Source of the DNA: Phaeosaccion multiseriatum
Lineage: Eukaryota > Protista > Ochrophyta, other classes
Direction: 5' to 3'
NCBI GenBank assembly: GCA_965112735.1
Contig: OZ218950.1
Location: 4,340,001 to 4,404,000 of the forward strand
Length of the DNA stretch: 64,000 nucleotides
The notes beneath the pieces are model-generated. The model ran no database searches. It worked only from the letters and a program-made list of their open reading frames with translations, and was not told the DNA's origin. Every line of letters begins with the position of its first letter. Position 1 is the first letter of the stretch. The translations under genes and the position numbers were made by a program. This document shows, in pieces, positions 49,401-61,848 of the stretch.

Positions 49401-52400
49401 CTCCAACAGCAGCACCAACAGCAGCACCAACAGCTCAAGCAAAAGAGGAGACAGATACGACATTCAGGCAAGAGCTCTGGACCGTCGTCGCCCTCAACTC
49501 CACCATACGCGGCGAGAACACTTCTTCGTCGGAGGAGCAGCGGAAACTCTCATCGGAAGGTATACGGTTCGCGTAGAGACCTAATCGCACCATCCTCGAC
49601 TGTTGCTACGATGTCGCACTCACTCGCCTTCTCCGAACCGAACCGAACCGAACGGAACCGACCGACTTTCCCCCGGATTGCTTCTGCTCTGTGCACGCAG
49701 AGCATTGGTGGCTTCCATTCATCTTGGATTTACTTGTCCCCTTGTCTCTGCCGCCGCCCACCCAACCACTCCCGCCGTCATCCTCATCGCCACCTGCTCA
49801 GGTCTGTCCGCAGATGCTTCCACCGTGGAGCAGCTGCTGTACAATGGTACCCTCTATGTCCTCGGGGCATCGCTGCCCGGCTTTACGGACTCGACTCCGA
49901 CCGTCAAGCTTCCTCTCTTCTCGGCGACAGAGACTTCTTCCTCCTCGGCGTATACACCACTTTCCTCCTCCTCCTACCTTCTCAACTACACTGCCGAGGT
50001 CACATACAACACCGCACTCCTCTTCTCAGAGGCCTCCGTGAGCGGTGGCACCACCAACGCCATCGCCGAGTCCATTATGCAAGGCCTGTCTAATAGCTCG
50101 GCCTTCCGGCAGAGCTTGTCCTCGTGGGTCCTGCAGGCCTCTACCTCGACCCTCACGATCACCGGGGTGGACGTGGGCCTCCCGACCGTGCACGTGACCA
50201 CAGACTTTACCTTCGTCAACGCCACGGACGGCTCCACCCCGGCCCCCACTCCGCCCCCCAAGCAGGTGGTGGAGGAGGCCTTGGGCACGACGGCCGCGGT
50301 GGCAGTAAGTGTCGCAGTCGGAGCTTCAGCGGCTGCGGCCTCTGCCACAGCATCCGCCGCGGCCACGTCCGCTTCCGCCTCATCCGCAAGGTGGGTGGGT
50401 GGGTGGGTGGGTGGACTCGTTGATTCTGGTCTGTTGGTTCTTGCTTGCTCGCTTGTTGTTTGCATGCTTGGTTGGTATGGTGAGAGAGAAGTCATCTCGT
50501 CCCTTCGCACCATACAGTAACGAGGCGCCTGTTCAAGGGGGGGGGGGGCTAAAGCTCAGGGGCTAAAGCTCAGGGGCTATAGCTCAGCCTGAGCTGTGCC
50601 CGTCATCCCATGCCCCATGCTCTGCGTCGTTCTCAATGTCTTCTTGCTTTGCTCTTCTGTCGCTTCGATGCTCTCCCTCTCTGACCTTATGGGGGCTGTG
50701 CTTCTTTTCATTGGGGGTGGGTGGGCACAGCGCTGCTGCAAGCACCAACTCGGCCGCGGTAGGGGGAGGGGGCGGCGCCCCGGGGGGTGGGGGCGGAGGG
50801 GGCGGAGGAGGGGGCCGAACTCTGCCGCCGGAGCAGATGGAGGAATGGCCGATCCAGGCAAGGGTACCAATGTGGATGGAGGTGAGCAGCAGCAGGGGAG
50901 CACCGCCACCAATGCGGGTGATGGCAGCGGACGGTCCGGCTCATCCTCCACGTCGTGGCTCATGCTCGGGCAGGTAAGGCACAGGCGGGTGCGCATGTGG
51001 AGAAAAGGGGGGGGGGGGCGGGTGGCATGCCGTCACCCCGCGAGACGACGGCTGTCGGGGAAGAGGCCGGACAGGGGTGTCTGCTCGTCCTTGGGCTAAG
51101 TCAACAAAGAGCTAAGTCAACAAAGAGGCCAGTCTGCTTGTCTTGTCTTGTGAGCAGTCTCTTCTTGACTTCGCCTAAGGACGGGCACGGTCAGTGGCGG
51201 CGCTCCCACTCAAAAAGGCCCACTACTCCCTCCCTGATGTGTTCTTTCCTTTGTTGCCCTCGCTGCTGCTCGCGCTCTCGCAAACGTATGCACTCTCTTC
51301 TATCTGCGCGATGCTGTGCAGATCAAGATGATGTCGCTGCTGGGCCAAGTCACGGATGTAAGTCGTGAGTCATGAGAGGGGGCTTTCGCTCACTTGCTCG
51401 TATACTCTGTGCTCGTACGCTCCTCCCTTGCAGCTTTCGCTTGTCGTTGTGTCGGGCATGGTCCGTCCGTCGCGCCGCCCCCTTCGAAACTCACACCCCT
51501 GCGAATGAACGAAGGAACGAACGAACGAACATGCCCCTCCTTCTGCCCATCTCTCTCTCTGTCTCCCTCCACAGCCGACGAGACTGCCCGGCTTCGGGGC
51601 CTTGGCGGCGTCTTTCGACAAGTTCAATCTGTGGGGAATCGTCTCCTTCCCGACCGTGTGCACGTGAGTGTGGCAGGAGCGCTGAAGCCTCTTCGTCCAC
51701 AAGGGGGCCCACCCTCTTGTGTTCTGACAATCGCGCCGTGTTGCTGATGATATCTGCGACAGAAACGATCGAATCACATCATCCGTGGTTGTTTGATTTC
51801 GTTCATTTACGCTGCCTGCCCCAGGCTCCGCGGCTCCTGACTTGCCCTTGCCTTGCCTTACAAGTACCCCTCCTCTATCTTGGCTATTGGTGACAGACCA
51901 CATGCCTGCGGGGTGCCTCATCGAGCCTTCCGCAACTTACTTGCACTTACGTGTGGCTTTCCTTCCCCTCCCCTCCCTTTCCTTTCCTTTCCTTTCCTTT
52001 CCGTGTGCAGCAACTTGGACGACGAGGGTCGCGACAGCGTGAATAGATTCCTGGGCAATTTCACCATGGTAAGTATGGACACGTAGTAACATGTACACCT
52101 GGCATACCTCAGCGAGCTGCTTACGGACTCTGGCTCTGCCCATGCTCTACATCAGGTATTCGGGCTTCTCCTGCTGCTTGTCCTTGTGCATCTCCTCTGG
52201 ATCTCCCACCGAGAGGCAGCGGTTCTTGCCGTCCAGCGCACCAAGCAAATGACCAAGAACGAGGAGCAGCTCATGCGAACCCGAGCCATCCACGACAAGT
52301 TGGACGTAAGGAGACTGACCATGGTGAGTGAGGGGGCGCTCTTTGAAGTCAGCAAAAGCATGCCACCTATACACGCCACGTCAGCACTGCTCTGAGATGA

Positions 52401-55018
52401 AGCAGAAGCAGCTTGTCGACCTTCCCTTCCCCGATATTCAGTGACATGGCTCGCTCTACTTATCCCAACAGTTCCTTCCCCACACTGCATACCGCACATC
52501 TCCTCCACAGTTCTTACTCTTGTTTGCCCCTACTGTACCCTTGCCGCTCACCTCAGGATGAAGACGACGACTGCGCCGCCCAAGCAGTTGCAAGGGCCAA
52601 CTCAGAGGCGAATGTGGTCACTGCAGCACATGTTCTGCAGCTGATGCGTCGAGACCCCCACTACCTTATCTACGTACCGGTGCGTAAACGACAGGCCCGC
52701 CATAGCTCGCTCACACTCTCCCCACCCCACCCTACGTGTTGTATCGGAATGAATGATTGCTTCCTCGTCGGGCTCTCACCCCTTTGCTCTGCCCCTTCGC
52801 ACCCCGTTGTTGCAGCATGTCGAGATACTATGGCTTCTCTTTTGCTTCGAGGGGGCGGTCGAGGCTCAGGTAGTGTGATAAGCCTGCGCTCTACCGATGG
52901 GAGCTTGCCTCAGCGAAGAGGAGGCTGAACATCTCACCACACTTAGCTTTTCCATACTTCGCCCCGCCCTTTACTCTCCCTTTCCAAAACCTGTGCACCG
53001 GCAGAGTGAAGCCATTGCGCTCGGGGTCAAGTGCCCCGAGATCTCCGCCGTGGCTCTGCTGTCCTTCCTCTGCTTCCCCGTGCTGCTCCTCCACAGCATC
53101 CACAGAGTCATTCATCGAATGGTGAGTACGTACCCTTACACTTGGAGTGTGGTGCCCTTTCGAAAACTGGCACGTCATATCTACCCTCTTTGTAAGGGCA
53201 TCATGCATCCGCCTTAGTTGGGTCCCTCCGTCTCTCCCCTGCCTCGCTCACTTCACCCCCCCCCCAAACCTCGCCTTTCCTCCCCTTCTCCTCTCCTCTC
53301 CTCCTGAGTAGATATTGGTCGCCTGCCTCACCTCACCTCACCTCATCCCACCTTCCCTTCCCTCTCTCCGCCACTCTCCCCCTGTGTGCAGGTGGTGGCG
53401 GACTCGGCTCCTCTCGTCTACCGCAACTACGAAGAGTACCTGCGGCAGGAGGTGAGTCTTTTGATTCGATTCAATGGATCAGTCTTTGGGCAATGGCAAT
53501 CTTCAATCTTCCTTGCGCGAGACACCCCAACCGATGTCGTGAGGGCACTTGACTGCGAAGCCCCGCAGCAGAGGTGAGAGCTTGTACTTGGCTCACCCCT
53601 CCTCCCTCCTCCCTCCTGCCCCTTACCTTGATTGGCATACCCCTCCCACCCAACGACAAAAGCGCCTGAACACGCCTCTTCGAAGGAGGGCATGGCAAGG
53701 GCTCAAGCGAGCATGGAGGGAAGGGACATCCATCTTCACGTGGTGAGTCCATGTGTCGCCCCTCTCTGTCCTGTCCACTCGTTGCCGCTCGCTCACCCAC
53801 TCCCCCCTCACCGACTCACTCACTCACTCACTCACTCACTCACTCACTCACTCACTTACTCACTTACTCGCGCACGCACTCACTCACTCACTCGCTCACT
53901 TACTCACTCACTCATTCTTTCTTTCTTTCACTCACTCACTCACTCACTCACAGCTCTTCTCACTGACTACCCCTCTCCACTTTCCAATGCCTGAGGCCCC
54001 TTTCGATCAAGCAGCATGCCTGGCCCTTGGTCTGAGACCTCTCTGTAGATCGAAGGCCCGCTCTGTTGCCTTCACTCAGTTCCTGTCGCTGCTCTACCTT
54101 GCTTCCCTTTGACGCCAATCAATCTTCCTGCTATTGTACAAGGGCGGCGCGGGGGGAGTGGCACAGCAAAGCGAACGAAACGAGTCGTATCAACTTACGC
54201 CGCATGCGCATTGGCTACGAGCCCCTCTTCTCTGAGTACACTCGACAGGTCCGTGGTGGGTGGCCTCACCTTTCTGGGCATGAGGATCACAGAGCCTCTG
54301 TCCAGCGCTGAATGGCCCCCTCCTTGCCCCGTGTGTGTGCATTCGTTCGGTTTCATACGGCCCTCGTTGCTCTTTGTGTTGCGCGTCCCTCCGTCCGTCC
54401 GTCCGTCCGTCTCTGTCTGTCTGGTGAATGTGTTCGTGTCATTGACTCCTTTTTCTCTCTTCTTTCGCTCTCAACTGTGCGCACAGGGAAGCAAGCACCT
54501 TCTCGTGATATTGACCAAAGGCCTCGTACTGGGCGTGGTGGCCGGGGCATTGGGAGAAACGAAGGTACTGTACTCTTTCAAGAGAGGAGAAGGAAAAGGA
54601 CTAACAGGAATCAACCTAAGAATTTCGGTCACATATGTGTGCATAAAAGCGCCAAGCAAACCGGGAATATGACAAGCGCCCCCCTGCAGTCTCTCGTTGT
54701 GACTGCCGTACTCCGCCCCTCTGAGCGGCTCTCGCCTATTCGCCCGCCTTGCCCACCCCCGCCCCGCTTCACCCCGCCACCTCTTCTCAGACAACGACCT
54801 TCGTCTTCCTGGTGTGCAGCATAGGGGAACTTGTGGCTCTCGTCGTTGTGGGGCCCTTTAACAACCTTATGGCCAACATCATGGAGGGCTTTTACGTGTC
54901 GTGTAATTGCGTGACGCTGGGCCTGCTCGCCGCGTCGCAGTTCAACCCTAACCTCAGCACAGAGGCCGATGCGCTCATGATTTCAATGAGCATGCTTACC
55001 TTGACCATCACCGGTGCG

Positions 55019-55057
<39 letters not shown>

Positions 55058-56600
55058 GCATGCGTGCGTGTGTGTGTGTGTGTGTTGGTGTGTGCGTGTG
55101 TGTATGTGAGTCTGCGCGCGCGCGTGTGTGTGTGCGTGCGCATGTGCGGTGTATCGAGGTGAATATACACCATTGTTCACCATTCGCTTTGGCCTCGCCC
55201 GTCTCACAGAGGACCCCTCCTCTCTTCCATCCGCTCCACCTCAGTGATGCTGCTCTACTTGGACATGGGCTTCACAACGGGCAAGCAAGCCTTCTGGTCC
55301 CTAATGGTGCGTCCCAGAAGGGGAAGGCGTCAGCGGTGGCTCAGCTGTTGCCGTAACCCTGGCTGCTGATGCTGCTGCTGGCTTTGCTTGGTGCCCTGAA
55401 TCTCCATCGCCTGCCGTCTTAATCTCTTCATCCTCCCTCTCTTTCTATCATTGGTGTCCACTCTCCTCCCCCCCCCCCCCTGGTCACACACACGATCGGA
55501 TGCAGGTGTTTCTTCGTTGGGCACCCACGTACAAGATTGATCAGGCCAGGCAGGAACACCACAAAGCCGGGCTGAAGAAGAGGCAAGCGGTGAGTGAGTC
55601 CTCCCTGCTACTCGTGGCGTCTTTGGCACTTGAATCGTCGTACCATAGGCCTTTACAAAGCAAGGCGACTCTGAATGACTGGAAATGGGCACATCTGTGT
55701 ATCTGTCTGTCCCGCTGTCTCCTCTTTCCGGAACAATCAAATGACATCACCTCCCGTCTGTGTGTGTGCGTGTGTGCGTGTGTGCGTGTGTGTGTGCAGA
55801 GAGCGGACCGCGAAAGATACGCTCCTACCCGAAAGCTCATGAGGGCTTTATGGTATCGGACTTTCATCGTCAACGTCCGCTTGAGCACGAGTCTGACGTC
55901 CACTCGCATGGACCAGCGAAGGGCGGAACTGGCGGTGGAGACGAAGCTGGGCAAATCAGCAGCGGTGGGAGGTAGCAGGGCGGATGCGACGAGCACTAGG
56001 GGGCCGTCGGGAACTGATGGTACAGCGATAGCATTGGCGGATACTGATGGAGGTGGTGGTGGTCTGAAAAGGGCCTTGCCGCTATCAAACCCGAGCCGAG
56101 CGTCCGTTAGCAGCCGCGTTCGAGTGGTGCCAACCGCAGCAGCGGGCGATCATAACGCCAGCGCCAGCAGACCCACACGTGCTAGCATCAGTAGAGGAGC
56201 GGGCAAAGCGCAGAAAGAAGCCGTACCGGCGCCAACAGGAGGCAGAGGAGGGCGGGCCTCGATATACGTCAATGCGGAAGAGGGGGCAGCAGCAAATACC
56301 AGCGAGAAATATACAAAGGAAAAGGAGGGAGGGGTAAGGTTTAGGAGAATGCCTTCGGACAGGGGGGTTTCTTTCGACGAATGCGGAGGCTCCTTGAGCG
56401 AGACGTTGGATGAGGTAGAGACGTTGTTCAAAGTCACCGTTCTCCAGCAGCGATCCCCGGCCAACTCCACCACTACCCAAACTGACCGGAGCGCGGCCGG
56501 CAAGAGGAAACGACAGAATAGGAAGAGATCGACTGCTCGGAGGACACGACACAGCTTGGAAGGCTACTCCATGCAGAAGCATGGCCTGCATGGCTTGTGA
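44266..56600 (+). CDS. Secreted-domain multi-pass membrane protein: signal peptide, RCC1-like repeats, PT-rich stalk, TRP/polycystin-like multi-TM region, cytoplasmic tail
   Basis: RCC1 blades LQCWGT|YQNGALG, VKCWGLNNFGQLG, LTCWGDNTYGQ|LGTG, VVCWGRNVF|GELG, VKCFGENDK|GQL, LVCWGLND|SGQLG; (PTAA)n; AVAVSVAVGAS..WLMLGQ; RIGYEPLFSEY; several hydrophobic exons. Confidence 0.7.
49175..49435 (+). repeat. Coding 12-bp tandem repeat encoding PTAA/PTVA (mucin-like PT stalk)
   Basis: About 21 units of CCRACRGYAGCW translating to PTAAPTAAPTVA... Confidence 0.95.
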
Positions 56601-56791
56601 TGTGATTGCAGCAAGTTCCTCTTCCTCTCTCTACGATCGTCGATACTTCATTAACAATTTACATGTCCAGCTTCAAAGTGGGGCTTCGAAAGTGTACCGC
56701 TGCGACGGACGTGGGCATGTACGTGCACGTGAACGAAAGGACTGCAGAAGAAAGGGGGAACGCCTCCTTCCAGTGCCTCCATACAATAAAA

Positions 56792-57165
56792 CTACACGCA
56801 GTTTTGATGGAACATGACCAGAGCCTTGGCGTCGTCTCTCTTCACTCCTCGGCTCTCGAGGTAGAACAAGCTCTCCTCGTCGAGGTCCGTCACAGTGGCT
56901 CCGTGGGCGCACTTGACGTCGCTATTGATAATCTCCAGAGAGGGCATGCACGTGATTCGCGCCTTGCTGCTCAGTAACAGTGTCCGGCAGATCTGGTCGG
57001 AGTCGGTCTTGGCTCCCTCCTCATCCACTCGTATCCTTCCCTTGAACACACACTCAATCCAATCCGAAGCCGGTGGTATTGGTGGCGATGTGTCCGATGG
57101 AGGTGTGGCAGTGAATGAGCTGGCTCAAGTGAGGCAGAGCCAGCAGCTGGGTACTGCACTTCACC
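56792..57165 (-). pseudogene. Truncated, frameshifted SufD (Fe-S cluster assembly SufBD family) fragment
   Basis: ECVFKGRIRVDEEGAKTDSDQICRTLLLSSKARITCMPSLEIINSDVKCAHGATVTDLDEESLFYLESRG. The upstream piece QLIHCHTSIGHIATNTT is in a different frame and hits a stop. The C-terminus ends early and there is no N-terminal part. Confidence 0.75.
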
Positions 57166-57333
57166 TGGTGTGACCAACAAAGCATTCTTCGCCGACTGTC
57201 CCACTTGCATACTCCTCACTCATTCCCTTAACCCCCATCCACTTCCAAGTCTCCCCTCCCCCCAAAAGGAGGTGCGGAGGTGCCGCTCAACACATGTTCA
57301 TTTACCCCATCTGCCCCGACCTTCCCCGACTGA

Positions 57334-59175
57334 TCACTTCTTGGTGCGGTGCCGTGTCCGCGGATCCACGCTCCCATTCTTCTTCTTCGTCTTCGTCTTC
57401 GTCTTCTTGCTCTTCTTCTCCTCCGCTCCCTTTTGGAGCGTTAGCAACTTCTCCTTCTCCTTCTCCTCCTCCTCCTCCTCTTCTCTTAGGAGCAATGCCA
57501 GCTTCTTCTTCTTCTCCTCCTTCATCTCCATCTCCCTCTTCTCCTCTTCTTCCTTTTGCAGCAATGGCATCTTTACTTTCTCCTTCGCGTGGCGCCATCC
57601 CGTGTGCTCAAACTTCTTCATCTTCTCCACCTCCACCATTGGCGTCTCGGGCGGTGACGCCGGGACCGCTGATGCCCCTGCAGGTGCTCCAGATGACGGC
57701 GGTGGCACTCCCCCGGAGACGCCTTGCTGCTGCTGCTTCTCGCGTTGGATGAGCTGCTCATGTGCCTGCCTCATCATTTCGAGCTGCTCCTCCACAGCAG
57801 CCTGCCTGGATGGGTCTCCCTTCAACGCCACCTCCACCTCCAATTGCTGAATCTTGGGCGCAGGTGGGATAGAAGACTTGGGAGCAGGAGCAGCAGCAGC
57901 AGCAGCAGCAGCAGGAGCAGAGGAACCGGCTGCGGGAGGGGGAGGAGCATCAGCGGCTCCGTTCCGCCCGACATCAGTAGACTGCCACACGTCCTGCAAG
58001 CCTCTCTCAAAGTCCGCCTCGCTGACACTCCCCACGTCCTCCTCCTGCCCTTCTCCAGTCACGGCTCTCTCCAGCGCATACGAAGCCGCCGCGCGCACCA
58101 GACCGGCAAGCTCTGCCCCAGACCAGCCCTCGGTCCGCTGAGCCAGCCCCTCGATGAAACGCTCGTAACCGTCGATACCATCAGTCTTCGCGTTCGCCTT
58201 CGCAGCAGCAGCAACACCACCACCACCCCTTTCGCTGCCCACCCGCAGCCGTCCCGAGTCCCGCATCTTCCTGCAGTGAATCTTGAGAATCTCGCCTCTG
58301 CCTTTCGCGTCGGGAGGAGGCACCAGGAGCTGTACTTCGAAGCGGCCGGGACGGAGGAGGGCGCCGTCGATCAAGTCCAGGCGATTCGTCAGAGCCACCA
58401 CCTTGAGAGAGACAGAGAGAGAGAGAGGAGTGGAGTGGGGCGAGGGAGGGTCGGGTGGGGGCGGCCCGGGGAAGGGGGGCGAGAAAGGGGACGTCAGCAC
58501 ATCATTCCACAGCGCGAGAGAGAGGCATAACAATACTTGCGTCTCTTGCTCTTCCCTCGCTCACGAAAGAGGATCCTCCACGCCCGCACACATACACAAT
58601 GCGCACGCACACACACCACGCACGCACGCCCACACGCACGCCCACACGCACCAGAGTCGGATGTGGTAGGCGCTCCACGCCGTCCATTCGACTCAGCAGT
58701 TGGTTCACCACGGAGTCGCGCACCCGCTCCCCGCTCTCGCCCGAGGACGCCGCCGACTGCCTCTGCGCCGCGATAGCATCGAACTCATCCATCACAATCA
58801 CGTGCAACGCCGTCAAAGTATCGTCATCGTATCCGCCCTCTTGACCCGAGCCAAAAGTATTCACACCCGACCTCATGCCTCGATACGGGCTTGCACCGCC
58901 ACCGACAGACTCCAGCGCCGGCTGCTGCTGTCCCTGCGAGGTCATGGAAGGGGCTTTGATGACTGTCTCTTGACCCAAGTAAGAGGGGGCAGGGATGTCA
59001 GGGGGGTAATCGAAAAGGGCGCGGATGTTGGCCTCCGAGGCGCCAACAAATCTGCCCAGAGGGGGATGGGGGGGAGGGGAGGGGCGACGACGGATGATTA
59101 CAACATGTCAAACTACTTGCTTACCATCATTAAAAGGGAGGGAGAAAGATGGAAACCAGAAGGAGGGACAGAATG

Positions 59176-59206
<31 letters not shown>

Positions 59207-61270
59207 AAGCAAAAAGAGATGTGTTGGGAAGACGACCAATCCACCATCCACCCGCACCTGTCCAACACCTCGGGGCCGGAGACGAAGGTGGGCGGTCTCC
59301 GCGTCAGCAAATTGGCCAATTTCCGGGCCAGGAGACTCTTGCCGCAGCCCGGTGGGCCATGGAGTAACAGTCCACTCACAGGGGAGACTCCCAAATCTTT
59401 CAGCAGGTCGGGCGGGGCCGCCAGAGGTACCCAGATCCGGCGGCGGATAGCCTCAACCACTTGGTCCAGACCACCCACCCCCAGGCTCTCGGAGTCAATG
59501 TGTGCCGGGGCTCGGTGGCGGCTTTTGGGGGCGGAAGAGGAGGAGGGGGGCGGGTAGGAAGGGGGGGTGGCGTAGGCAGAGGAGGAAAGGGGGGAGGCGG
59601 AGGAGGAGGAGGTGGAGGAGGAGAAGGAGGGGGGGGGGGCGAAAGAGGAGGAGGAACCGGGCGAGGCGGAGGAGGAGGAGGTGGTGGAGGAGAATGAGGG
59701 GGGGTCGGAGGAGGAGTAGGAGGAGTAGGACGAGGTTGTGGGAGTGTAAGAGGCGGAGGAGGAACCGGGCGAGGCAGAGGAGGAGGAGGTGGTGGAGGAG
59801 AATGAGGGAGGGTCGGAGGAGGAGTAGGAGGAGTAGGACGAGGTTGTGGGAGTGTAAGAGGCGGAGGAGTAACCGGGCGAGGCAGAGGAGGAGAAGGAGG
59901 GGGGGTCGGAGGAGGAGAAGGAGGAGTAGGACGAGGAGGAGTAGGAGGAGGAGGAGGAGGGAGGGTAAGAGGAGGAGGAGGGAGGGGAGGAGTAGGAGGT
60001 GTAGGAGGATGAAGAGGAAGGAGGGGAGGAATAGGAGGATGAGGAGGAGGGAGGGGAGGAGTAGGAGGAGGAGGAGGAGGACGAGGAGGAGGGAGGGGAA
60101 GAGTAGGAGGTGTAGGAGGATGAAGAGGAGGGAGTGGAGGAGGAGGAGGGGCGGGAGTGAAGAGAGAATGGTTTTGGGTCTCCTGCTCTCGGAGGGGGTT
60201 GGGGGAGGGACAAACAGAGAGAGCGAGGGAAACACACAGAGAGAGAGGGAGGGAGGAAGGGAAGGGGCGAGGATGAGCGGGGTCGGAGTCGACAGTGTGT
60301 TATCGCCTCGACGGATGTCAACCACAAAGGGCGTGGGGCACTCTTCGACTCCACGCTGGGCGGACATTCAATAACGTGGTGATGTTGCCGCCCCCCCTCC
60401 TTCCGACCATTGCATTTCTTCTCGCTCCTCTTGTTTTGAACCCATACGGACAGACGCAGTACGGACGCCCATGCTACGCCTGCTCCTCTCCGTCCCACCA
60501 AACCCCCCCACTTCCCGCCCCGTCTTCCTTCTTTCCCTCACGCAACTCTCTCCCTTACCCTGGTCGATGATTCCGGCGGCCCCACAGCCAGCCAAGGCAG
60601 CCCCCTCGGGAACCTTGGGGAGCTTGGCCAGAGCAGCAGCCGCCGCCGGAGAGGTCCTCCTCTTCTTGGCGAGGAAGTTGGCAGCGTACTTCTCTCGCTC
60701 CTCATCCATCGCCGAGCGATAGTCGGTAAACTCCTGCAGCTCCCTCTGTTTGTAGTGCGTTGAGCTAATGGGCATGCCCAGCATGAACGACTCCTCATGG
60801 ACGCCGGCGCGGACACCGTCACCAGGGTCCACGGTGATGGGGTTGCCGCGCTTCCTGTTCAACCCAGTGTTTTCGTATCTGTCTTCGTCCTCGTCCGTCT
60901 GCAGATTCCGGCTCTCTATAAAAGGGGAAGGACTAGCGCCCCACCCGCCACTATGGCGTGAAATAACGCTACTATTCTCCTCCTGGTGTCTCCTTAGCCT
61001 CGTGGCCTCTGCTTTGTTCTCCGGAAGGTAGTCCGAGGGGGCAGTCACCGGGGGGGGCAGGGCAGGGCCACTCTTCACAAGGTTGCTCTTCACCGCTTGT
61101 TTCTTCTTTCCCTTTCTCCCGTGATGCGACTTGGCCATCGCGGTAGAAGATCCTCTTTGCCGATGAGAAGAGGATACAGGGCCTGCAAAGAGGGCGGCAG
61201 GAGAAGAGAGGTCAGTTTTTACTGCCCAAAAAACTCTGAGCAACAGGCTTCCCCATGTCATGGAGGCCAT
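57334..61270 (-). CDS. AAA+ ATPase with a single NSF/Sec18 D1-like domain and Ser-rich linker; 5' end uncertain (may extend to ~61640)
   Basis: [24 protein letters not shown] (Walker A), [10 protein letters not shown]|[25 protein letters not shown] (Walker B), [44 protein letters not shown]. Confidence 0.85.
59560..60150 (-). repeat. Ser/Pro/Tyr-rich coding tandem repeats in the AAA gene linker
   Basis: Repeated units SSSSASPG(S/Y)[25 protein letters not shown], and [10 protein letters not shown]. Confidence 0.85.
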
Positions 61271-61848
61271 CTTGTGGTCTCCGGTAGCGGCGGCAGCAGT
61301 AGCACCACCAGCAGTAGAAGAACCACTACCACCACCGCCGCCGCCACCACCACCATCAGCAGCAGCAGCAGCAGCGGCAGAGCAGTGGTGGAGGCAGGCG
61401 CATGCCTCTCCTTGGGTTGGGGAAGAAAGGTTCCTCTTTCTGTCTACTGCTCCCTCATTAACGACTATTCACACTCACCATGGCGTCCGACGGAGACGGA
61501 CGGCGTCACAAAGGCGGGGCACTTCCCTCCCCCATGTCCGCTGTCGCTATTGCCAAGGCCGGTACCACCACCAACTGCTGTTGAGGTGCAGGCAAGCAAG
61601 AGGCCCAAGACAAGCACAGCACCATGCGTGCCATCCATCGCACTATCTTCTTAGATTGACCAATACGTCAGCCACCACACAAGGGCATACGCGTTGATTG
61701 GAAGGGAGGGGGGGACAAACAAAAGGGATTATGAGGGAAGAAATGGAAATGGGCCATCGGCCAAACGTACCATTCGAGAAAAATTCCCAATTTTAGATAT
61801 TAGACATCGATTTTAGAAACCGACCAAACTGAAACTGAAACTGAATCG

